Assembly: GCA_963819655.1 (NCBI GenBank)
Contig: CAWFXA010000003.1
Span: 1 to 64,000, forward strand
DNA: 64,000 nt
Direction: 5' to 3'
Source of the DNA: an uncultured Chloroflexia bacterium
GTDB lineage: Bacteria; Chloroflexota; Limnocylindria; Limnocylindrales; CSP1-4
The position numbers were made by a program, and so were the translations under genes. The notes under the pieces were generated by a model, which was given only the letters and a program-made list of their open reading frames with translations, ran no database searches and was not told the origin of the DNA. Numbering within the stretch: the stretch's first letter is position 1; every line of letters starts with the position of its first letter. Shown here in pieces: positions 60,595 through 64,000 of this stretch.

Positions 60595-62532
60595 TTAGTT
60601 GGACGGGTCGAGCGAGCTGAAGTAGAGGCGCACGTAGTCCTTGATCGACAACGGCACGTACCCGCGGTCGAGCGAGGTCTGCGCGTAGTTGAGGAAGTCG
60701 GAGTACACCTGCTCGTAGGGCGTCAGAGCTCCGTTGTTGCTGCCGGAGCCGGTCTGGTTGCCCTGCTGGGTCTGGCCGTCGCCTCCGGTTCCGGCGACGT
60801 ACGACGGATCACCGGGCTTGCCGACGCGATCGAACGGGGCGAACACCGACGAGAGATCCTCGCCGAGCTCCGCCGGCCTGTTGGGGTTGGTCGGTCCGGC
60901 CGGCAGGCCATTGCCGCCGGTGCCCTGGCCCAGCGAGCGGGCATTCGAGCCGCCGCCACCGATGGCACCCTGACCTTGACCCTGACCTTGACCCTGACCT
61001 TGACCCTGGCCCTGACCCTGACCCTGGCCCTGACCCTGACCTTGACCTTGACCCTGACCCTGGCCCTGGCCCTGGCCCTGGCCCTGGCCCTGACCTTGAC
61101 CTTGGCCTTGGCCCTGACCCTGGCCTTGACCTTGGCCGCTCGGTCGCGGGCTGCCCTGCGCCTGGCCTTGCCCTTGCCCTTGGCCCTGGCCCTGGCCCTG
61201 CGCCTGCTGTCCCTGGCCCTGGCGCCCTGCGTCGGCCAACTGGCGACGCGCGTCCTGGAGGCGTGACGCCGCCTCACCCAGATCGCGGTTCGTGTCGATG
61301 TTCGCCTGCGCGCCAGTCATCGACTCGCCCAGGCGATCCAGCGCCGACTTCGCCCCGGCGTTGTCGCCCTGGGCGAGGCTTTGGGCGGCATCACGCAATG
61401 CCGTCGCGGCCCCGCCGTCGGCGCTCGATGCCGTCGACTGCATCTCGGCCAGGTCCTTGGCGAGCTCACGGCGCTCGGCGTCGGTCATCTCGTCGAGCTT
61501 GTCGGCGAGCTCCTTGAGGTCGTCCTTCGTCTGCTCCGGGTCGCCGTCGCGATTGGCGTCGGGCTTGCCGGTCGCCGCCCGGGAGAGCGACCTCGCCAGC
61601 GAGGTCATCGACGACGCGCGCTGCTCGGTCGCTGGGTCGATTCGGGCTCGGACGTCGCTCTCGACCGCCCCGATCTGCCGCAGATTGGCGGCGAGCTGGT
61701 CGGGCTGCGCCCGAAGCTGGCGGGCGAGCTCGCGGAGCTCCTCGGCCAGACGGGTCCGCGGATCCTCGGCGTCGCGCCCCTTGCTTTCGAGGTCGCGGGC
61801 CAGATCCTCCAGCCGGTCGGCCTGGCGATCGGCGGTCTCGCGCACGGCGCGCTGCTGGGCGATCACCGCGTCCTGCGGGTTCGGCAGCACGAGCACGGGC
61901 ACCAAGAGCGCCATCGCCGCGAGGGCGGCCAGCGCCGGGGTCCGCGAGAACCGCGGCTTGAATAGCGCCGGGGCCGTTCGGAGAGACTGCAGCGCGTCGC
62001 GCCGCTGACGCCGGACGAACCGGTCGGTCTCGGCGGCTTCGTCCACGGCCGCGGTCGGTGCGTCAAGGTCGACGTCGTCCGCCGGCGGTGTGGCCGACGC
62101 GGGGAAGCCCACGGCCAGTTCCATCGCCGACGACACCCGGTCGCCGAGCCCGCCTTCGACGTCCACGGCCAGCGCCGTCTCGCCGAGCGACGGGCGGGCG
62201 CGGATCACGACGACGAGCAGGATCAGCAACGCCACGACCGGGATCGCGACGGCGACGATCGGGGCCGCCTCGAGCGGGACGAATCGCGCGACGATCCACA
62301 GGATCGCCTCGCCGATCGCGATCGCCGCCGTGGCCAGCCAGAGGCGGCGCACGATGCGGCGCAACCACAGCCGGTGCTGGTGAGGCGTCAGCGTGGCTCG
62401 CAGCGCGTCGAGCGACGGGTCGAGCGGTCCGGTCAGGGACTGGCGCGGATCTGGCGGGATGACTGCCGCTTCGGGTCCGGGGCGTTGCGCCCGGCGGCGG
62501 AGATCGCCGAGGCGGCGGATGCGCGTGTTCAT
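60595..62532 (-). CDS. Membrane-anchored coiled-coil protein with poly(GQ) tract
   Basis: TM helices, long coiled coil, (GQ)n, C-terminal VPLSIKDYVRLYF; ATGA overlap with the permease. Confidence 0.8.
   Translation of the reverse strand: MNTRIRRLGDLRRRAQRPGPEAAVIPPDPRQSLTGPLDPSLDALRATLTPHQHRLWLRRIVRRLWLATAAIAIGEAILWIVARFVPLEAAPIVAVAIPVVALLILLVVVIRARPSLGETALAVDVEGGLGDRVSSAMELAVGFPASATPPADDVDLDAPTAAVDEAAETDRFVRRQRRDALQSLRTAPALFKPRFSRTPALAALAAMALLVPVLVLPNPQDAVIAQQRAVRETADRQADRLEDLARDLESKGRDAEDPRTRLAEELRELARQLRAQPDQLAANLRQIGAVESDVRARIDPATEQRASSMTSLARSLSRAATGKPDANRDGDPEQTKDDLKELADKLDEMTDAERRELAKDLAEMQSTASSADGGAATALRDAAQSLAQGDNAGAKSALDRLGESMTGAQANIDTNRDLGEAASRLQDARRQLADAGRQGQGQQAQGQGQGQGQGQGQAQGSPRPSGQGQGQGQGQGQGQGQGQGQGQGQGQGQGQGQGQGQGQGQGQGQGQGQGQGQGQGQGAIGGGGSNARSLGQGTGGNGLPAGPTNPNRPAELGEDLSSVFAPFDRVGKPGDPSYVAGTGGDGQTQQGNQTGSGSNNGALTPYEQVYSDFLNYAQTSLDRGYVPLSIKDYVRLYFSSLDPSN
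60970..61137 (-). repeat. Hexanucleotide tandem repeat encoding (GQ)28
   Basis: GGY-CAR units over 168 nt; a shorter GQ tract lies at ~61155-61225. Confidence 0.9.
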
Positions 62533-63698
62533 GCAGCGGGTCCGCGCGGGACGCGCGCTCCGCGGCGCAGATGCCAGCGGCGCGTCGGTGAGACGGCCTG
62601 GACAGACAGGAACAGGAAGATCACGGACAGGACGAGCCAGGAGGCGACGCTCTTGGTCCACAGCGTGTCGCGCGTCGGACCGAACGGCTGCGCAGGCTCG
62701 ACGACATCGTTGATCGGTGCCGGTCGAGCGATCACGCCGCCCTGGTCGATTGCAACGAGATCCTCCTCGACGAACCCCTTCTCGGGGACGGCCGGCATGG
62801 GGGCGGGCATCGGAACGCCGTCGTTGCCGTTGATGATGACGCCGTCGTTGCCCGGGACGAGGCCGGTCACGAAGCTGCACCAGCCGCCGCCGAAGGTGGA
62901 CTCGGTGCCGCACATCACGTCGGCCTGGGCGATGAACGGGTTGATCCACGCGAGAGGCGTCGGTGACCGGATCCCGAGCGGTCCAGGCCGCCGGTTCCCG
63001 TTGTTGTCGAAGGACCCCATCGCCTGCCAGAAGACCAGCAAGAAGACCGTCCCGATGGTGATGGCCAGGACGCCGAAGATCGTGATCGCCGTCGAGGCGG
63101 TCGTGCGCTTGACGATGCTGGAGCACAGCAGCCCGAACGAGCCCAGACCCAGCGCGGTCACGATCAGCACGATGTAGCCGCGCACGACATCCTCCGGACC
63201 GACGCCACCGAACACGAAGACGACCGCCATCAGCGGGATCGACGCGGCGATCAAAAGGAAGACGTAGATCAGCGCCGAGAGCAGCTTGCCGATGACGATC
63301 GCGAGCGAGCTGATCGGGGTCGTGACGAGCAGCTCGAGCGTCTGCTTCTCGCGCTCGAGCGAGATCGCCCCGGCGGTCGACGACGGCGCCAGGAACACGA
63401 CCTGCAATGTCATCAGCATGAGCAGCGCCGCGAAGATGCCCTGGCCGATGGCCGGGCCGGCCGCTGCGTTCGTTCCGCCGAACCCGATGTTGAAGGTGCT
63501 CTCCATCACCTTCTCGACCATCAGCGCGAAGCCGCCGAGGAGAAGGAGGTAGATCGTCAGGATGACGAATGCACGACGTCCGCGCATCCGGCCGCGCAGC
63601 TCCTTGACGCCGATCGCCACGATGCCGCCGACCGTCCGCGCGAACGCGGAGAGATGGGGGACCGGCGGCTGGATCGGTGGGGCGGTCGTCTCGGCCAT
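62529..63698 (-). CDS. ABC-2 type permease-like protein
   Basis: KELRGRMR, AGAISLEREKQTLELL, IVIGKL; GGAGG RBS. Confidence 0.87.
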   Translation of the reverse strand: MAETTAPPIQPPVPHLSAFARTVGGIVAIGVKELRGRMRGRRAFVILTIYLLLLGGFALMVEKVMESTFNIGFGGTNAAAGPAIGQGIFAALLMLMTLQVVFLAPSSTAGAISLEREKQTLELLVTTPISSLAIVIGKLLSALIYVFLLIAASIPLMAVVFVFGGVGPEDVVRGYIVLIVTALGLGSFGLLCSSIVKRTTASTAITIFGVLAITIGTVFLLVFWQAMGSFDNNGNRRPGPLGIRSPTPLAWINPFIAQADVMCGTESTFGGGWCSFVTGLVPGNDGVIINGNDGVPMPAPMPAVPEKGFVEEDLVAIDQGGVIARPAPINDVVEPAQPFGPTRDTLWTKSVASWLVLSVIFLFLSVQAVSPTRRWHLRRGARVPRGPAA

Positions 63699-63709
63699 CG
63701 TCGTCCCTC

Positions 63710-64000
63710 CTATGCCGCGGCCACGGGCTCGCGGTCCGGCGATGTCACTTGCAGGAACAACTCCTCGAGGTCGCTGGCTGCGCGCGCGAAGCTCACCACC
63801 GGCAGACCGGCCGCGACCATCGACGCCAGCAGACGGGCTGTGGCCTCGTCATCGCCGCGGAACCCGAGCTCGATCGTGCCGTCGTCGAGCAGGATCGCCG
63901 AGGCGACGTCGGGATCGGTCACGAAGCGGTCACGCGCGGCCTCCAGCTCCTCACCCTCGAGCAGCAGCCGGACACGCAGGACCGCACCGAAGCGCAGTCT
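63710..64000 (-). CDS. Probable C-terminus of an ABC ATP-binding protein (partial)
   Basis: Ends ...SDLEELFLQVT, typical of ABC-2 ATPases; directly upstream of the permease. Confidence 0.7.
   Translation of the reverse strand, partial: RLRFGAVLRVRLLLEGEELEAARDRFVTDPDVASAILLDDGTIELGFRGDDEATARLLASMVAAGLPVVSFARAASDLEELFLQVTSPDREPVAAA

Overview
High-GC bacterial chromosomal window. The gene style suggests a monoderm such as Chloroflexota or an actinobacterial relative (inference only): leaderless TAnnnT promoters, a sortase, an LCP protein, Pro/Thr-tailed surface proteins, an ECF/PD40 pair and a cyclase-STAND protein. The left end is the edge of an island integrated at tRNA-Gln(CTG), carrying a tyrosine integrase and a UvrD-like helicase, with an apparent tandem NrdR-box pair and three arm-like repeats in front of the integrase. 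The core region holds a TPP riboswitch plus ykoEDC-type ECF transporter, mutY, nnrE, glpD, plsY, an lpdA-E1a-E1b...E2-lipA branched-chain 2-oxoacid dehydrogenase cluster split by an ~8.6 kb accessory block, add, an acyl-CoA dehydrogenase, a sortase and a MoxR/DUF58/vWA operon. About a dozen genes, several of them housekeeping, carry single-base frameshifts, most likely assembly indel errors. The best candidate novel systems are: (1) a secreted Cys-bracketed (HASxPG)n repeat peptide paired with an O-antigen-ligase-family enzyme; (2) an NTT-like transporter-HEAT-cNMP protein paired with a cyclase-STAND-TPR protein; (3) possible NrdR control of an island integrase; (4) several unexplained structured intergenic elements. 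All product calls come from motif recognition, not database searches.
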